Assembly: GCF_964213995.1 (NCBI RefSeq)
Contig: NC_135823.1
Location: 1,240,001-1,304,000 of the forward strand
Source of the DNA: Mustelus asterias
Taxonomy: Eukaryota
DNA length: 64,000 nt
Direction of reading: 5' to 3'
In this document: positions 63,529 through 64,000 of the stretch, piece by piece
Position numbering within the stretch: position 1 is the first letter of the stretch
How the letters are laid out: every line of letters begins with the position of its first letter
Notes under the pieces: model-generated
The model's input: only the letters and a program-made list of their open reading frames with translations
Told to the model about the DNA's origin: nothing
Databases searched by the model: none
Made by a program: the position numbers and the translations under genes

Positions 63529-64000
63529 GTGAGTATAGTTTTTAAGCATTAGTGTCACACGTCGGTTTACATCCACACTCCAGCGCCTGTTCGGGGTCAA
63601 GGAGGGAGAATTTAGCATGGCCAATGCACCTAAACAGTATAGCTTTGGGACTGTGGGAGGAAACCGGAGCACCCGGAGGAAACTCAAGCCGACAGGGCGA
63701 GACCGTGCACAGAGAATAATCCAAGCCACGGATTGAACCCCGGTCTCCAGCGCTGTGAGGCAGCGGTGCCAAGCACGGTGCCGCCCGGCTACAGGAATGC
63801 AAATGTGAGCCAGTGATTGGGAAAATGGTTTTAGTTTCTTTTCTGTTCCCTGCTTTCAAGCGAAGAAACACAAATTGGGAAATAAATCTAAGCATGAATA
63901 ATTGAAGACATGAATGAGATTGTTCTTAAGTTACAGGCGATTTTCTTTTTCAAACGGCTGCTTTCTATGTCGAAATAATTTGTGGTAATGTTTGAATAAT

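Overview
Repeat-rich vertebrate genomic DNA, most likely from a shark or other elasmobranch (many HE1-type tRNA-derived SINEs and their CR1/HER1-type partner LINEs). Between the repeats lies a cluster of non-rearranging, antigen-receptor-like Ig-superfamily genes. (A) An apparently intact + strand gene, 3420-8456, with six exons (leader / germline-joined VJ / C1 / Cys-stalk plus uncharged TM / cytoplasmic / ITIM SVYARL), 303 aa by manual splicing. (B) A convergently oriented, divergent paralogue on the - strand, 42179 to about 36463, with the same exon plan but disabled by stops, frameshifts and an LTR-like insertion. (C) The intact leader exon and promoter of a B-type paralogue starting at 63474 (+) and running out of the window. 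B and C share two tandem NFAT:AP-1-like composite motifs at identical 24-bp spacing. Inverted and direct segmental duplications show the cluster has been turning over. Also present: a retrovirus-like element with a tether plus a second RNase H, a second decayed ERV with a tRNA-Phe PBS, a ~1 kb Penelope-like palindrome carrying hammerhead ribozyme cores, many LINE/SINE fragments and a 153-N gap. All exon models and repeat boundaries were derived by eye and need transcript and database confirmation.
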